Below are positions 63,990 through 64,000 of a DNA stretch of 64,000 nt, piece after piece. The notes beneath the pieces are model-generated. The model was not told the origin of the DNA, searched no databases, and saw only the letters and a list, made by a program, of their open reading frames with translations. The position numbers were made by a program, and so were the translations under genes. How positions within the stretch are numbered: the stretch's first letter is position 1; every line of letters starts with the position of its first letter. The stretch is taken from the sequence record NZ_CP041047.1, one strand, 5' to 3'. The stretch comes from a plasmid.

Positions 63990-64000
63990 CGCAACCCAGT

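Overview
This 64-kb window from an enterobacterial replicon is a mosaic of six blocks. (1) 1-22.1 kb: nearly every gene is on the + strand, like a plasmid leading region. It encodes an SSB-like protein, a DnaN (beta-clamp) homolog, a Dam-type GATC methylase, an RdgC homolog, an HNH endonuclease, a second N6-adenine methyltransferase fusion, a PAPS-reductase-like PP-loop protein and about 25 unknown small proteins. (2) 22.4-25.8 kb: a GntR/FadR-type regulator gene is split by an IS5 copy with a CTAG target duplication, followed by a ParM/ParR actin-type partition operon. (3) 26.5-31.9 kb: three overlapping tyrosine-recombinase genes plus a small coupled ORF (RIT/GInt-like recombinase trio). (4) 32.4-40.1 kb: AT-rich candidate defence cargo: Gabija (GajA/GajB), a 209-aa unknown protein, a HEPN Rx4H Abi-like protein, and a DnaJ-type zinc-finger protein next to a 398-aa unknown protein. 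(5) 40.5-58.5 kb: a fluoride-resistance island. Two fluoride (crcB-motif) riboswitches control eriC-F (CLC-F) and a ppaC-usp-eno-gpmA-crcB operon. Around them are HAD and PAP2 phosphatases, a P-type ATPase behind an attenuator-like terminator, two MutS-domain ATPase genes and a Vibrio-like nhaA. Two inverted IS26 copies bracket a foreign high-GC PAS-MCP gene and truncate a MutS-like gene. (6) 58.6-64 kb: an IS3-family remnant cut by IS1, a gene remnant, a 537-aa protein with a C-terminal HNH domain, a GC-rich ORF-poor segment with three copies of a 16-bp repeat, and prophage-like small genes. No rRNA, tRNA or CRISPR was seen.
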